Part shown: positions 42,402 to 57,899 of the stretch, piece by piece
Layout of the letters: each line of letters opens with the position of its first letter
How positions within the stretch are numbered: the stretch's first letter is position 1
NCBI RefSeq assembly: GCF_009914755.1
Contig: NC_060947.1
Direction: 5' to 3' (one strand)
DNA: 64,000 nt
DNA from: the human T2T-CHM13v2.0 reference genome, Homo sapiens
Notes under the pieces: generated by a model
What the model was told of the DNA's origin: nothing
The model's database searches: none
The model's input: the letters and a program-made list of their open reading frames with translations, nothing else
Program-made: the position numbers and the translations under genes

Positions 42402-43049
42402 CAACGCTGTTTTTTTTTAAATGATTTTAAATAACTGCTGTAAATGTCTTCATACATGTGGATTTTTCTCCTTTTAAATTTTCATATTTCCTCAATTCCA
42501 AGATACATATTTTTTTCTTTTAATATGTATCAGGATACATTTTAGTATAAAGATATTAGTAATTTTTTCTTTAAAATATATTATTAAATTAATATTGTAT
42601 CTTAAAATTGAAACTGCCTTAGAATTGGAGAAATACAATAGTTCTATAATATAAATTAGAAATAGAGGGTTTACTGAGTCAAACAAATTTATGATACTTG
42701 ATAAGTGTATCAGAATGTCTTCTAAAAGGATTTTGTTGCTATTTTTTACAGTTTTGCTAGCTTGAGATTTGACTTCTTTTTGATTTTTAATAGTTTTAAT
42801 AAACGCAAATGTTTTCTCATCATTATTTTAATTTACTTAGCTATTCTACTCTTCATATGTGAAGGAGTTTGGGTATAAAAAGAACAAAAGGCAACATTTG
42901 AAGACATCTCAGAAACCATTCAAAAGGAAAAACCTTGATGATTAGTCAGTAATTTTGGAGGGAAAAAGTGAAAGGTACTGGCTCTTCCCTTTCCATGTTG
43001 TTAGGTCTGTTCCCCTGCCATACGCAAAATTGGAAGGATTCTGTACAGT

Positions 43050-43230
43050 GATTTATTTATAGAATTACAGGGTTTTATAAGCCCTTAAGGATCATCTGGT
43101 TAACTCCCACATTTTATAGATGATTAAGTAAAAACCCAATGAGATTCAAATTGTTCAAGATTTTACAGCTAGTAAGTGCCAGGGCTGAAATTTGAAACCA
43201 AGGTTCCAGACCTTTCTACCAGGCACACTG
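43050..43230 (-). mobile_element. MIR fragment
   Basis: atcatctggttaactcccacattttatagatga..acagctagtaagtgccagggctgaaatttgaaacc. Confidence 0.7.
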
Positions 43231-45053
43231 CCTTTCTGGTGCAAATTCCATTTGAGAGCTAATGACATATCTACCAGTCCTTGACGTTTAGACTGGGCAG
43301 TATAATATTTAAGTTTAGGATATTACTAATTCTTACTTAATAAATTACTCAAGAAAGTGAATGATCTCAGATTTAAGATTATAGAACTAAACATGAAAAA
43401 AATTGCCTATATCTAAATATGTTGCACAAACGTAGACGTATATATCCGACATTTCCTGTAACAGGCTTATGCAAGAATTCTGATTAAGGTGCCTTAAGTC
43501 TAGTAATTCAGATTGTAGGTGATTAAGCCCTCTGGAAAACTGAATCACCGTGATCTTAAATTTTTCTCACTGTAGATTTAGTCTCATTGCTTATTAAATA
43601 TTGCTCACCTTTTCCAAACCAAATTAACATCCAATTTTTCCATCTAAAAGATGTCATATTTTTATCCCATCATCTTTATTACTGTTATTTCCAGGCATTC
43701 ATAATTTTATAAAATGTTCCTACAACTGTTAACCCAAGTCACAGTCTTTATCAGTCTATGACAACAAAATTAACTCATACTTGCATTTCAAACCCAAACT
43801 CGTATGGCACAAGTTCAAATCAGCAAAACTACTGGAAACTGGCCGTATTTAAATTGTTTCCCCAACAATTTCTAAGGTCCCAGGGTAATGCCTCATAAAT
43901 ACTCAGGACTGGTCACCATCTTTTACACCTGCTTCTTTGTCTTTCTTCTGGACAGGAATGTTGATGGACACCACTCTCCTCCCCTGGTGACAACTCTTGA
44001 TGCATCCCTACTGTGACAAGGTTAGTCCCTCTCCAGATTTTCCATATCTAAACTGTGATGAAACCATACTCCTTAAAAAACATATCTTGAAGGTTCCAGA
44101 AAAAGGAAACTGAAAACAGAGAATAACTTCCAACAGCCAAGAGCAGTAGATCTTTAGAGCTAACAAGCCCAAACCCAAAATATGAAGCCCTGCCTAATTA
44201 CCAGCAGTCCATCACGTGGCAGGGAGGCAGCTCAAAAGGAAACAGGTAACTCCAGGTATCTCCTTATCTTGGAGTTCAGGTTCCATGCCCCCCAGCTTAA
44301 AAAAAGGAGTCCTTCAAATTCTCTCAAGCCTAAGCTGGGCTTTATTTTCCTGCCTGGAATTTTCCTCTTCCCAGATGTGGGGTGGTAGGAATCCTGTAGT
44401 CTAGCCACTCAAAGATTGATCTGGGCTTCATAGCTTGAACAAGATAATCACAATCGTAGGCAGTATATTTTCCAAAGTCTGGCTTACACAGTCTTATAAT
44501 TACCTCATTGTAAGAAAAAACTGTGCTTTAGAGGGAAACTATGCATTGTCCAGCATAGAGGACACCCATCTTTCTGGGTTATCTGATTCTATGGGAGCTA
44601 TTTTACAATGCTGTAAATTATTGATTATTGATATCAATGCAAAACGCTTGTTTATAGACATCAGATTGTTTCCTATCCAGTAGAGGGATAGAGGTTCAAT
44701 TGACTTCTCTCTCCTACTGTGAAAAAAGGCTCGTTTTGTCTCAATTTGCATATTCATTTCCCTATTTCTCATCTATAACTGTGTTTGTTCTTTGTATTCT
44801 CCTTTGAACTGGCTGATACCTCAGCGTTTTCCTTATTAATGAGTTAAATAAAATCTTGAACACGTGTTCATATGTGTTATATAGGAGAGTCATGATTTTA
44901 CCATTAAAAAAATTATCTTTAACACCATGTATGAGACCCTAAAGTATGGTTAGTTTTTGCTACATCAAGTTTAGTTTAGTTCTTCATTACATTTTACCAT
45001 CAGCATAAGGAAAAGAGATGATCAAGCATGTGCCCAACCCCACCATAATATTT

Positions 45054-45386
45054 GTTTTTGTTTGTTTGTTTGTTTGTTTTTGTTTTTGTTTTTTGTTTTT
45101 GAGATGGAGTCTCGCTTTGTCACCCAGGCTGGAGTGCAGTGGTACGATCTTGGCTCACTGCAACCTCCACCTCCTGGGTTCAAGCAATTCTCCTGCCTCA
45201 CCCTCCTGAGTAGCTGAAATTACAGGTGTGCACCACCACACCTGACTAATTTTTTGTATTTTTAGTAGAGACGGGGTTTCACCATGTTGGCCAGGCTGAT
45301 CTTGAACTCCTGACCTCAAGTGATCCACCCGCCTCGGCCTCCCAAAGTGCTGCGATTACATATAGATGTGAGCCACTGTGCCCAGC
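45054..45386 (-). mobile_element. Alu (AluS-like)
   Basis: TSD cccaccataatat on both flanks; (TTTG)n tail. Confidence 0.95.
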
Positions 45387-45621
45387 CCCACCATAATATT
45401 TGTATACACACAAAATACACATTCATGTACACACAGTTCTCCAAAATAAGCATAGAACAGTCTAAAATCCACATGTAAGAAGAAAAAACTCTCTAATGCA
45501 ATAAAGGCACAGTTCTGGTGATCCATCAAGCAGAACATATGCTATTTCAGCTTGAAGGGTCTGCACTGAGTTACTTCCTCATATCCAGGAATTCTTCAAG
45601 AATGTAGAGTTTTCATCTGTA

Positions 45622-45785
45622 TCAGGGTTTCTCGGCCCCAGCACAATTAACATTTTGGATCAGATAATTCTTTGTTGTAGGAGTCGTCCTGTGCATTGTA
45701 GGATGTTTAGCAGCATGTCTGGCCTCACTCCAGACATTGCCACATGTCACTGGGGTCAAAAGTAACCACCAGTTGAGAACCACTG
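45622..45785 (-). mobile_element. MER20, internally deleted
   Basis: cagggtttctcggccccagcac..gtcctgtgcattgtaggatgtttagcagcat..cagacattgcc..gttgagaaccactg. Confidence 0.85.
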
Positions 45786-45869
45786 ATCTATTTTATTAAA
45801 GGTTCCCCAAGATAGCTCCTTTCAGAGTAAAGGGAGGATCTCCCTAAGGATAAGTGAATTTATTTAACC

Positions 45870-46270
45870 AATACATATCAGCATGGATGGGTCTCAGTGA
45901 TAATGTCGAGTGAACACAGCTAAATTACAGAATGCTTTCTGCAGCATGATACTATTTGTATAAATCTTAAAATCACAAAAACTTGTATGTTGCTTATAGA
46001 AATATATATATGAAATAAAATCATAAAACCATCAACATGGAGAATACATATCAATTTAATGAGTATGGCTGCCTCTGAGAAAAGAGGGAAGGAATTAGAT
46101 TAAGATTACAAAACAATATTCAACTGTGTTTATAATGTTTTGCTTTTTTAAGAGATCTAAAACAAATACTACCCAATGTTGTCATTTTTTCATTCCAGCA
46201 AATGCATATATGAATATTATGCTACTCTACAAACTTTACTGTAAATTTGAAAGAAATCCATAATAAGATA
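45870..46270 (+). mobile_element. L1ME 3' fragment
   Basis: gcatggatgggtctc..aatgtcgagtgaa..catgatactatttgtataaa..tggctgcctctg. Confidence 0.55.
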
Positions 46271-46799
46271 TGAAAAATGCAGCTTAAATTTCAAATAATG
46301 TTCTTCAAAGCCGTTGTCATTAATTTTCCAATCATCTTTTGCTTTATATTATTCATACTGCTGCTTGCCTCCATGATTATAGGTAGCTGTGAGCTGGCAG
46401 TGTTTTATAGAGCAATTTCCTGGCTCCGACTCTAATGACAGCCATAATATTAATGCTCTCACCCTGTATTTGTGGAGTGCTTTATCTTTTCCCAGTACTC
46501 TTACATCTGTCTTCTCTTTTTATATTCACAATTTCTCTCACCATCAGTCTTCGTCTCAACTGTATTTGCCATGTATTAATAAAAGTATTAAAAAGCCTTC
46601 TACGAATGCTTTTTCTTTGGCAGCTACCTGAGTTCAGGTTTCCCTAGATACCAACCCTGAAAGATTGGATTCTAGTGCAAGCAGTTTATTTAGGAGGTGA
46701 TCCTACAGAGCTCTGGTAGGGGAAATGTGACAAGGAAGAGAAGAAAGCTAATAAACAGCACATCTTAGAGCAGGTTACAGTTGAGGGCAATTGAAGCTC

Positions 46800-46930
46800 A
46801 GTCCTGCCCATTTGTTTACACATTATCTGTGTAGTTTTCATGTTATGGCAGAACTGAGTAGTGGTGACAGAGGCCTGAAAAGCCAAAAATATTTACTATA
46901 TGGCCCTTTACAAGAAAAGTTTCTTGACCT
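46800..46930. mobile_element. MER58A-like fragment
   Basis: cccatttgtttacacatt..ggcagaactgagtagtggtgacagag..aaaatatttactatatggccctttaca. Confidence 0.7.
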
Positions 46931-49900
46931 CTTCTTTATACCATAAAACTAGAAGAAAAGTTATTATTTTCAAGCATTTTGAGAGCTTCCAGTATGAGCA
47001 CATGTGTAAGAAGGAAAATGTCAATTATTACTCATAAAAATTCCATTTTTATGAAGTGTGTTAGGGGAAAAATTGAGTTAAGAAGAAAAACCTTTTTCCA
47101 TAAAAACAAACATTGGCAATTTGCCCTAAAAAATATATATATAAAGGTTCAAGAAGAAATTTGAGGCGGTTACATCTCTACTGTGGAATGAATTGTAAAC
47201 TCCTAGTGTAGACATAGAAAATAGTAATCATTTATTGTGCCAAACTCCAACTAATTAAAAATTACGGTGATAAAGATCTAAGACTATGTTCAGGCTTAGT
47301 GAAAGAGAGGGCCATAATTGGTAAGCAGTGTCTGAAGTGAGCACAGGAAGGAATAGTGGTGGCCAATGTTGAATGCAAAAAATAAGCACAGCTACCTGCC
47401 ATGAGATGGGAGGAGAAAAAACCAAGAGAGGAAAGGGGACACTTAGGCTTCCTGCGATCTCAGAAACCTAACAAGGGCTGATAAAAGGCTGTTTATACAC
47501 CAAGCAGGAAAAAACCCTATTATTAACATCTTGCATTAGTGTGGTACATCTGTTACAATTAATGAACCAATATTGTACATTATTATTAAATAAAATCTGT
47601 AGTTTACCTTAAGTTTCACTCTTTGTGTTGTACAGTTCTATGGGTTTTGATAAATGCATAACATCATATATCCATCATTATAGTATTATATGGAATAGTT
47701 TCACCACACTAAAATTTTCCTGTACTTCACCTATTTATAGCTTTCCTTCCACCCACCCCCATCCCAATCCCCTGGCAACCACTGAACTTTTGACTGTCTC
47801 CATAATTTTGCCTATTCCAGAATGTCATATAGTTGGAATCATACAGTAGGTAGCCTTTTCAGACTGGCTTTTTTTTCACTTAGGAATATGCTTTTAAGTT
47901 TCCTTTGTGTCTTCTTACATCTTGGTAGCTCTTTTTTTTTTCATCACTGAATAATTATCCATTGTATGGATGTACTAAATTTTGTTTATTCACCTATTGA
48001 AAGACATCTTGTTGTTTCCAGTTTTGGGCAGTTAAAACTATCTATTTCTTTTTGTGTGTATTTTGGTAGCTTATATCTTTCAGGGAATTTGTGTATTTCA
48101 TCTAAGTTATCAAATTTGTGGGCATAGAGTTATTTATAATATTCCTTTATTATCCTTTTAGTGTCTATGAGATCAGCAGTGATGGCCCCTCTTTCATTTC
48201 TGATGTTAGTAATTTGTGTCTTCTTTTTGTCTTGATTAGTCAAGCTAGATGTTTATCAATTTTATTGATCTTTTCTAAGAAGCAGCTTTTGATTTTGTTG
48301 ATATTCTTTATTGTTTTCCTGTTTTCAGTTTCATTGATTTGTGCTGTAATTTCTGTTACTTCTTGTTTTCTGCTTGCTTTAGGTTTATATTGCTCTTCTC
48401 TAGTTTCCTAAGGTGGAAACTTAGATTGCTGTTTAGATCTTTTCTCTTTTCTAATAATATGCATTCACGGCTATAAATTTCTCTCTAACCACTACTTTTG
48501 CTGCATTCAACAAGTTTTGAAAAGTTGTATTTTCATTTTCATTTAGTTCAAAATATTTTAAAATTTTTCTTGATACTTGACACATATGTTTAGAAGTATG
48601 CTTAATATTCAAATATTTTGAAAATTTTCAGCTATCTTTCTATTATTGATTTCCAACTTAATTCCACTGTGACCTGAGAGCAAACTTTGTATGATATCTT
48701 TTTTAAGTTTGTTAGGATGTTTTATGGCCCAGAATGCACGTTCTGAATGTTGGAAGCTGAATGTTCCATGTGAGCTTGAGAAGAATTTGTATTCTGCTTT
48801 GTTGGAGGAAGTATTCTAAATCTACGGATGTCAGTTAGATCCAGTTAATTGATGGTGTTCTTCAGTTCAACAATGCCTTACTGATTTTCTGCCTGCTGTA
48901 TCTGTCAATTACTGATAGAGAAGTTTTGAAGTTTCCGGCTATAATAATAGATTTGTCTATTTCTCCTTGAAGTTCTATCAGTTTTGCCTCACATACTTTG
49001 ATGATCTGTTGTTAGGTACATACATGTTGAGGATTGCTATGTCTTCTTGGAGAATTGGCCCCTGTATAATTGTATCATACCCTTCCTTATCCCTGATAAT
49101 TTTCTGGTCTGCTTTGTCTGAAATTGGTATTGCTACTATAGCTTTCATTTGATTTGTGTTATCATGGTATATCTTTCTCTATCCCTTTACTTTTAATGTA
49201 GCTGTGTCTTTATATATATAGTGGGCTTCATTAAATATAATAGGAATTATATAGTTGGGTCTTGTTTTTTCTATACACTCTGACAGTCTCTGCCTTTTAA
49301 TTGGTGATTTAAACTATTATTCACAGTGAGTAGTAATATAGTTGGATTAGTATCTACAATGTTTGTAACCGTTTTCTATTTGTTGCACTTTTTCTTTGTT
49401 TCATTTTTATCACCCCCACCCCCCGCCCCCATTTTCCTGCCTTCTCTGGTTTTAACTGAGCATTTTATATGAACCCATTTTCTCTCTTCTCTTAGCACAT
49501 CAATGATATTTCTTTGAAAAAATGTTTTAGTGTTTGTCTTAGAGTTTGCAATATATATTTACAACTAATCTAAGTACACTTTCAAATAATACTATAATGC
49601 TTCACGGGTAATGCAGATACCTTATAACAAAGCATTTCCAATTACTTTCTTCCATTCCTTGTACCATTGCTGTCATTCATTTCACTCATCCATAAGCTAT
49701 AACTACCCAATACATTGTTGCTATTACTCTTACTTTGAACAGTTATTTATTAAATCAATTTAAAATATGAAAAATGAAAGATCTTGTTTAAATCTTGTTG
49801 ATTCCCTGCTAATGTTCTTCCTTCCTTTCTTTCTTTCAGATCAGATCTGAATTTCTGACCTATATCAATTTCCTTCTCTCTGAGGAACTTATTTGAGTAT

Positions 49901-50676
49901 TTCGTGCAAGGCAAGTCTACTGGCAACAAATTACCTCAGTTTTTGTCTGAGAAAGTCTTTTTTTCCTTCTTCACTTTAGAAGGATAACTTCACTGGATGA
50001 AGAATTTTAAGCTTGTGTTTTTCTTTATTTTTCTTTCAACACTTTCAATATTTCACTTTATTCTCTTCTTGCTTGCATGGTCCCCGATGAGAAGTCTGAT
50101 GTAATTCTTATCCTTGTTGCTTTATAGGTAATGCTTCCCCCAACTCTCTCATTTCTTTCAAGATTTTCTCTTAGCTTTTGATTTTCTGCAGTTTGAATGT
50201 GAAATGCCTAGATGTCGATTTTTTGGATTTGTCTTGCTTGGTGTTGTCTAACCTTCCTGGATCTGTGTTTTGATGTGTTTCAATAATTTCAGAAAATTCT
50301 GAGCTATTATTACTTCAAATATTTCTTCTGTTCTTCTTTCTCTTTCTTTTCCTTTTAGTATTCCCATTATGTATATGTTACACCTTTTGTAATGATTATA
50401 CACTTCTTGGATATTTCGTTATTTTTCCCATTCTTTTTTTCTCTTTGCCTTCCAGTTTGGAAAGTTTCTGTTGACCTATCACCAAGCTCATTAATTCTTT
50501 CCCCAGACATTTCCAACCTGCTGATGAGCCTTTAAATACATTCTTCATTTCTTCATTTCTGTCACAATGTTTTTTTATTTCTAGCATTTCCTTTTGATTC
50601 TTTCTTAGGGTTTTCATCTCTGTGCTTACATTACCCACCTGTGCCTTCATGTTGTCTATTGTTTCCACTAGGGCTT

Positions 50677-51043
50677 CGTATTAGTCTGTTCTCACACTGC
50701 TATTAAAGACATATCTGAGACTGGGTAATTTATAAAGGCAAGAGATTAATGGACTCACAGTTCCACATGGCTGGGGAGGCCTCACAATCACGGCAGAAGA
50801 CAAAGGAAGACCAAAGGGACTTCTTACATGGTGGCAGGCAAGAGAGGGAGCTTGTGCAGGGGAACTCCTCTTTATAAAACCATCAGATCTCATGAGACTT
50901 AGTCACTATCACAAGAACAGCATGGGAAAGGCCCGCCCCCATGATTCAGTTACCTCCCACTGGGTCCCTCCTATGACACATGGGAATTGTGGGAGCTACA
51001 ATTCAAGATTACATTTGGGTGGGGACACAGCCAAACCATATCA
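50677..51043 (-). mobile_element. THE1 solo LTR (THE1B/C-like)
   Basis: gtattagtctgttctcacactgct..gactcacagttccacatggctggggaggcc..gggtggggacacagccaaaccatatca; 5-bp TSD ggctt at 50672-50676 and 51044-51048. Confidence 0.93.
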
Positions 51044-51048
51044 GGCTT

Positions 51049-52076
<1,028 letters not shown>

Positions 52077-52725
52077 GAGCCCTTAATATATCAATAATAG
52101 TTGTTTAAGTTTCTTATCTGATAATTCCAAAATCTGAATATATCTGAGTCAGATACTGATGCTTGCTTTGTCTCTTCAGACTTTATTTTTTCCTTCCCTT
52201 AGCATATCTCATAATTTTTTTCTGTTGGAAGTGATCATGCTATATCTAGTAATAGAAACTGAGTTAATTGGGCTTTTAATATAAGGCTTTATGTTGATCT
52301 GGCTAGGAGCTAGGCTACGTTTAATGTTAATTGTAACGCATATATGCCAGAGGCTCCAGTTTTCTATAGTTTCCTTTTATTCCCTGCTTCCATGGTGCCT
52401 TTAGGTTCCGCTAAGAACTCTTTCTTAAATAGATTACGTCTTTCAGTTCTCTCAGTTGTAATCCACCGTTTTTTTACTGGAGCCTTGCTGATGTGGTGGT
52501 AAGACTTTAAGGAGGGTAAGCACTCTATAATCTTATAATTAAATCTCAGCTATTTTTAGTGGGCCTGAGTCCCTGAGCTGTGACATTCAGCATTTCTCAG
52601 CCTTTTTTTTCCTTATCATTATGTGAGACACGAAGGCTAGGGGGAACTAGCATTGTCTAGTTGCCCTTCTTCTTGGTCACATAAGACTCTGGTAATTTCC
52701 CTTGATGTAACTCTTGTGACAGAGA

Positions 52726-52943
52726 ACAGAAAACTCTGGGCTTATTTCAAAATGGCACTTCTTCTTTCCTCTTGCTCAAAGCAAAGGAGATTTGTCTCCC
52801 ATATGATTTTTACTCTTATGGGGCTCCTAGTGGCACAGAAAACCCTGGGCTTATTTCAAAATGGCACTTCTTCTTTCCTCTTGCTCAAAGCAGAGGAGAT
52901 TTCTCTCCCATATGATTTTTACTTTCGGTGGGGCACCTAGTGG
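52726..52943. repeat. 109-bp tandem duplication inside the L1 5' region
   Basis: acagaaaacYctgggcttatttcaaaatggcacttc..cctagtgg at 52726 and 52835. Confidence 0.9.
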
Positions 52944-53958
52944 TAAATCCCACAAAAGTGTGGAGCTTCCTAAAACTGGGCCATCAGGAGTTTTTAAATC
53001 TCAAGTTAGTCTGCACTCAGCCTTCAGCAGTTTATCAATTACCATTTAAGTGTTCCTACCAGTTACTGGTTCCAGAAGCCTCTGCTCTTGGTAAACTGTA
53101 ATTCTTTGTATTTACACATCTCTACAGTTTTGGGGGTGGCAGTTTGCCCTGTGACCTCAATTCTCTGGTAGATTTAAGAAAAGTTGTTGATTGTTAGCTT
53201 GTTCAGCATTTTTCTTGCTGTGAGAACAGGAATGTTGACTTCTAAGCTCTTTGCATATCAGAGCTAATCAGGAAGCATGACCGGTATACAACTAGAGGAA
53301 GGGTGCTTAAATCTAAGTGGAATTAGCCTATCTATGGTTCATGGCAATCATGCATATTGATTACAGCCAGACGCCACTGATTCTTTCATCAAACCAACTT
53401 TTCTCCTAGAATTGCATTCTATGAATATAATATTTTGTTGAGTAGTTAGTCAAATTAAATGCAGTTTTCAAAAGGGGAATCTTTTAGGGAGATATGGCCT
53501 TATGGTTTGAACCAGATTTCATTTCCACTGTATCAAATCCCAGTGGCCTTCTCAGTGGCAGAATGGGTTTTTCACAAATTCTCTGTATTGTAGTTGTTAA
53601 TTCTTAAGTAAAGTAACTCTGGAATGTGCTTTCTTTGGCTTATAAGTAGACCTCCTCTCCACCTTATGAGTTTCCAACTCTTTGCCCTTGAATTAGACAC
53701 ATGTTGGTAGATTGTAGCCTAAGGCCTACTACTTACTAGTACTTGATAAAATCTTCTCCCTAGGATGAATGGGCAGTGGACTAAAGACAAGAATTACAAC
53801 TTTTTAATCAAAGTGGCTGAATCCATAACTATATCTTTCTAAATTAAGCCTGTTTTGTTATGAACTGTCTCTAGATTACCATTAGCAATGTTGTTGGTCG
53901 GATGATTTGGAGAAAATGAAAGAACATCATGATTTTTATTTTCCTTCTTTCTATAATC

Positions 53959-54190
53959 CAATGATTCTCAACTAGGGGCAGTTTTACTCCTGCAGGGACA
54001 TTTGGCAATGTCTGGAGACGTTTCTAATTGTCACACCTAGAGAAGTGATTGCTATTGGTGTCTTGTGGGTAGAGGCCAGGGATGCTGCTAAACATCCTAC
54101 AACACACAGGACAGTTCCCATAACAAATAATTATCCACAAAAAGTTATCTGGCCCAAATTGTCAGTAGGGCGGAGGTAAAGAAGCCCTGC
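53959..54190 (+). mobile_element. MER20
   Basis: ttctcaactagggg..agggacatttggcaatgtctggagac..gggtagaggccagggatgctgctaaacatcctac. Confidence 0.92.
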
Positions 54191-54487
54191 TAGAATCTGA
54201 GAAATTAGCCACCATGGCTTCTTTGTCTATACTAGGATCCTAAAGATCTCATTATTTTTATCTCTTTATTAATTTCTGTATTACAAAGATAATATTTTTC
54301 TCTGGACTATTTTCTCATTTGACCAAGGAAGTTAGTCTTGGAATCCTGCCCCACGAAGCTTACAGGTCAGTAATTCACAGTATAATCTCCTTATTGGAGT
54401 GGAGGCCTATGGGTGCTGGAGTCCTAAGAGTTAAACACCTTTGCACAATTATAGTGGTTTAGTGTGCAGCTTATACAAACAAAAATA

Positions 54488-54595
54488 TTATCTGTACCTT
54501 TAATTTGTAGTTTCCTTGTGTTATAGTAATAATACAGAGCAAATCTTGTGTTATAGTAATAATACAAAGAAACTACAAATTAAAGGTACAGATAA
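54488..54595. repeat. Long near-perfect inverted repeat enclosing a 22-bp direct repeat
   Basis: ttatctgtacctttaatttgtagtttccttgt ... acaaagaaactacaaattaaaggtacagataa. Confidence 0.9.
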
Positions 54596-55056
54596 AATTT
54601 CGAAAATAGCCTTAGTGGAAGAATGAGAACCAAGCTCTTTTGACCTGTTGAGCTTCACATATGGTTTACAGATGCTCTCCAATTTCATCCTCATAACAGC
54701 CTCACCAGACAATCTTGTTCTTGTCAGACAAAGAGTCAAGAAGAGAACAGAATGATACTTTGAAGATAATTTTATCCTGTTCCTGTTAATTAGTCAAATA
54801 TGTGCCTTGTATAAATTTACAACTTACACAGCGTCTACAGAGAAATATAAAAATCACTCATTATTATACTCTCAGAGATAACTGTTTAGTGTATTTCTTT
54901 GCTACTTATTTTTTTTTTGCATGTAAATGCATTTTAAGTGTAATTGCATTTATTCTGTGTACATCACCTTTATCTTTTCCCCTCCCCTCAGTATCATTTC
55001 ATGGGCATTTTAGGAGGTCAGTTGATATTTTCTTTCTTTTTCAGATTTGATAAGCT

Positions 55057-55172
55057 AATTTTTTTTATTTCAATAGATTTTTGGGGAACAGGTGGTGGTT
55101 GGGTTACATGAGTAAGTTCTTTAGTGGTGATTTCTGAGATTTTGGTGTACCCATTACCCAAGCAGCATACAC
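55057..55172 (-). mobile_element. L1PB 3' end fragment
   Basis: tttcaatagatttttggggaacaggtggtg..ttacatgagtaagttctttagtggtgatttctgagattttggtg. Confidence 0.8.
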
Positions 55173-55766
55173 TTGAGTTGATATTTGATATTTTCTAAAG
55201 TATGATATTTAATGATTTTAAATACTTCATCATATGACTACTTCATATGTTTAATCATTCCCCTTGATAAGTGGCAACATTTTTCTGTATGAAAGAAACA
55301 AACCAAAAAACAAACAAACAAACAAAACAGAGAAGAAAAGTGCCTGAAGCACACTGGTATATTGAAACAGCAAAATTCAACAACAAAAACAAAAAATACC
55401 ACCAGCTATATGAAAAACAAACCACAAATCTTTGACTTCTCATCATACCTAACAATACTGGGCTTTGTAAATATCCGTTAAATTATATACAAATCCGTGT
55501 ACGCAGATAATGATATTTTTCACTGTGCCCAGAAAATTTGATTGTTGTAGTGTCTGCTTCTAAAAACGGGTAAGATATAATAGTGTTTCATATTTAAGAT
55601 AAATAGTATAGCTTAGTAGTGGAAGCCTGTTTCGGGGGGTGGTTGATTTTTTTTTTTAGGTTCAAAAATAGTAATTTTAGTATCCCAGGAGTTCCAAGCT
55701 TATATAAAATAAAATAATTGTTATTAATATCTATACTGGTATATATAGGATATATGTTATATAATA

Positions 55767-56185
55767 CAGTTCATCCTTGAACAACATGAGTGTTAGGAAT
55801 ACCGGCCCCCACACAGCCGAAAATGTGTGTAACTTTTGACTCCCTCCAAATTTACCTACTAAAAGCCTACTGGTGACCGGAAGCCTAACTGGTAACATAA
55901 ACAGTTGGTTAACGCATATTTTGCATGTTATATGTATTATACACTGTAGTCTTACAATAAAGTAAGCTAGAGAAAAGAAAATCATAAGGAAGAAAGAATA
56001 TATTTACCATTAAGTGGAAGTGGCTCATGATAAAGGTCTTCATCCTCACTGTCTTTGTGTTAAGTAGACAAAGGAGGAGGAGGAAGAGGATAGGTTGATC
56101 TCGCTGCCTTGGGGTGGCAGAGGCAGAAGGAAATCTGCATAAAAGTGGACCTGCACAGCAACCCTTGTTCTTCAAGGGTCCACTG
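55767..56185 (-). mobile_element. Tigger2a-like DNA transposon
   Basis: TIRs cagttcatccttgaacaac / gttcttcaagggtccactg; internal aagtggaagtggctcatgataaaggtcttcatcctc. Confidence 0.85.
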
Positions 56186-57396
56186 CATATATCATATATA
56201 AAAATAACAGTTACATAGTATTGCAATTATATCCAGACATAATAGGCAAGACATGAGACATAAAATATAGAATTAATTTTGGAAGTCATCTAAATCATGC
56301 TCTGAGGGAAGGTACAAGGCTACTAAAGGCAAAGAGCCTTGCTAAGTCAGGGTGTGGCATAACTGAAAGCCCAAATGCCAGACTTTGTCCTCTGCTTAGC
56401 CTAAACCAGAGGTCAGATGTCTCTTGTCGCCAGATGTTGATAAACACAGAGAGGTAAGCTCTTCAGTTACCCTATCACCACCTTACTAATACATATGACT
56501 GCAAAACGTTGCCTTCATGTAAGTCAGAATATGAAGGAAAAGCCCCTAATGAATATGATTTCATGAACTTTGGACATAAAAACTCACTTGGTAGTACATT
56601 ATAATTTTAAATCACATTTAATTCCCTGCCAGCCAGGAAATAATTCCATGGGAAGTCAATCAATGAAAGTTAACAAAATCATTACTAGAAAAAAAGGTAA
56701 TATTTTTCATTTTCAAAAAGTAAAGGGTTGGGTTGAATGAGAAGTAGATATAGGAGACAGAGCAGCATTCTCAGGTGTTGTTCATGCCCCTGCCATTGTT
56801 TTAATTATGGCCTCAATATTCTTTCTCATGGCTGATGGTTGACTTTGGTGAGTAGAAGTAGGTAGTAGCTAAGAATAATCATGAAAAAATAGAACATTTT
56901 CTTTAAAAAGGAAAAATTGCCTAATGATATATCAGTTTTGTATCTACAATCACCATAGAACATTTAGGTTATTTGTACTCTATTATCAGGAAAGATTGGG
57001 GAAAAGTGGAGTGGCAAAGAGAAATAAAGAAGTATTAATTGGAAACCACCTCAAACATGAGAAAAATAGCCTTTATTTATTTCATTCTGCATCTGCTAGT
57101 CTCTGGGCAATCTAAAAAAACAGTCTTCAGAATTATAGCCACATGGTGATTTTTTTCCTCTCCAGAATTACAAGAAAATTGGCTCCCACACTGTGGAACT
57201 AAAAAGAGGGGCTATAGGGTGCTGCTTCTCTCTCTTGACATTTTACTTGGTTTTCAAAGGAATTCGTGACTAAGAATCTCATGGAATCTAAATGCGGTCA
57301 CTGATGGAAATTTAGGTTTCCACAAAGAGTGCAGGAAGAAATTTACATGGCAAAAAAAAAGAAAAGATTTGCTCTGGCAAATGGGTGAGGTAAGGA

Positions 57397-57423
57397 TGTG
57401 TGTGTGTGTGTGTGTGTGTGTGT
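57397..57423. repeat. (TG)n microsatellite
   Basis: Seen directly. Confidence 0.95.
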
Positions 57424-57899
57424 GGTGTATATATGTACACGTCACATACATATATCAGTGAGTATGTATATCTCAATGATTTTCATTTGCTAGGTCTAGT
57501 AATACATCTAATTTTTAAAATAACGAGTTTTTTTCCAGCAGTTGTATAAAAATAATTACTTAATTATTGTTTTTCTTTTTCAGCAAGTTTATGAACTTTG
57601 GACATATTGAGATTATGTAAGTCCTTGGACAGCATTAATATAATATTATCTAATTTGTAATAAAAGTGTATACCCATTTTATTCATTAAGTATAAATATT
57701 TGGAAAGACGATAGATTTTAAGCCAGGTATGGAGTGAACTGACACATTCATCCACAAAAGTCAGATCAAGTTAATGAAAAAAGAGAAGATTGAGGTGTTA
57801 CTATTCAGTAGTACTTCTTTTTATTTATTACTTTATTCATCAGCACATCCAGGAGAGCTTAATAACTCGCTCTCCTAGAATAAAAATCCTAGTTGGTAC

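Noticed and set aside
43780-44110. Possible minus-strand exon (acceptor tctctgttttcag near 44110)
   Set aside because: The donor is weak, there is no ORF, and nothing else supports it.
50396-50668. 90-aa coiled-coil ORF
   Set aside because: It is a decayed L1 ORF1 fragment, not a host gene.
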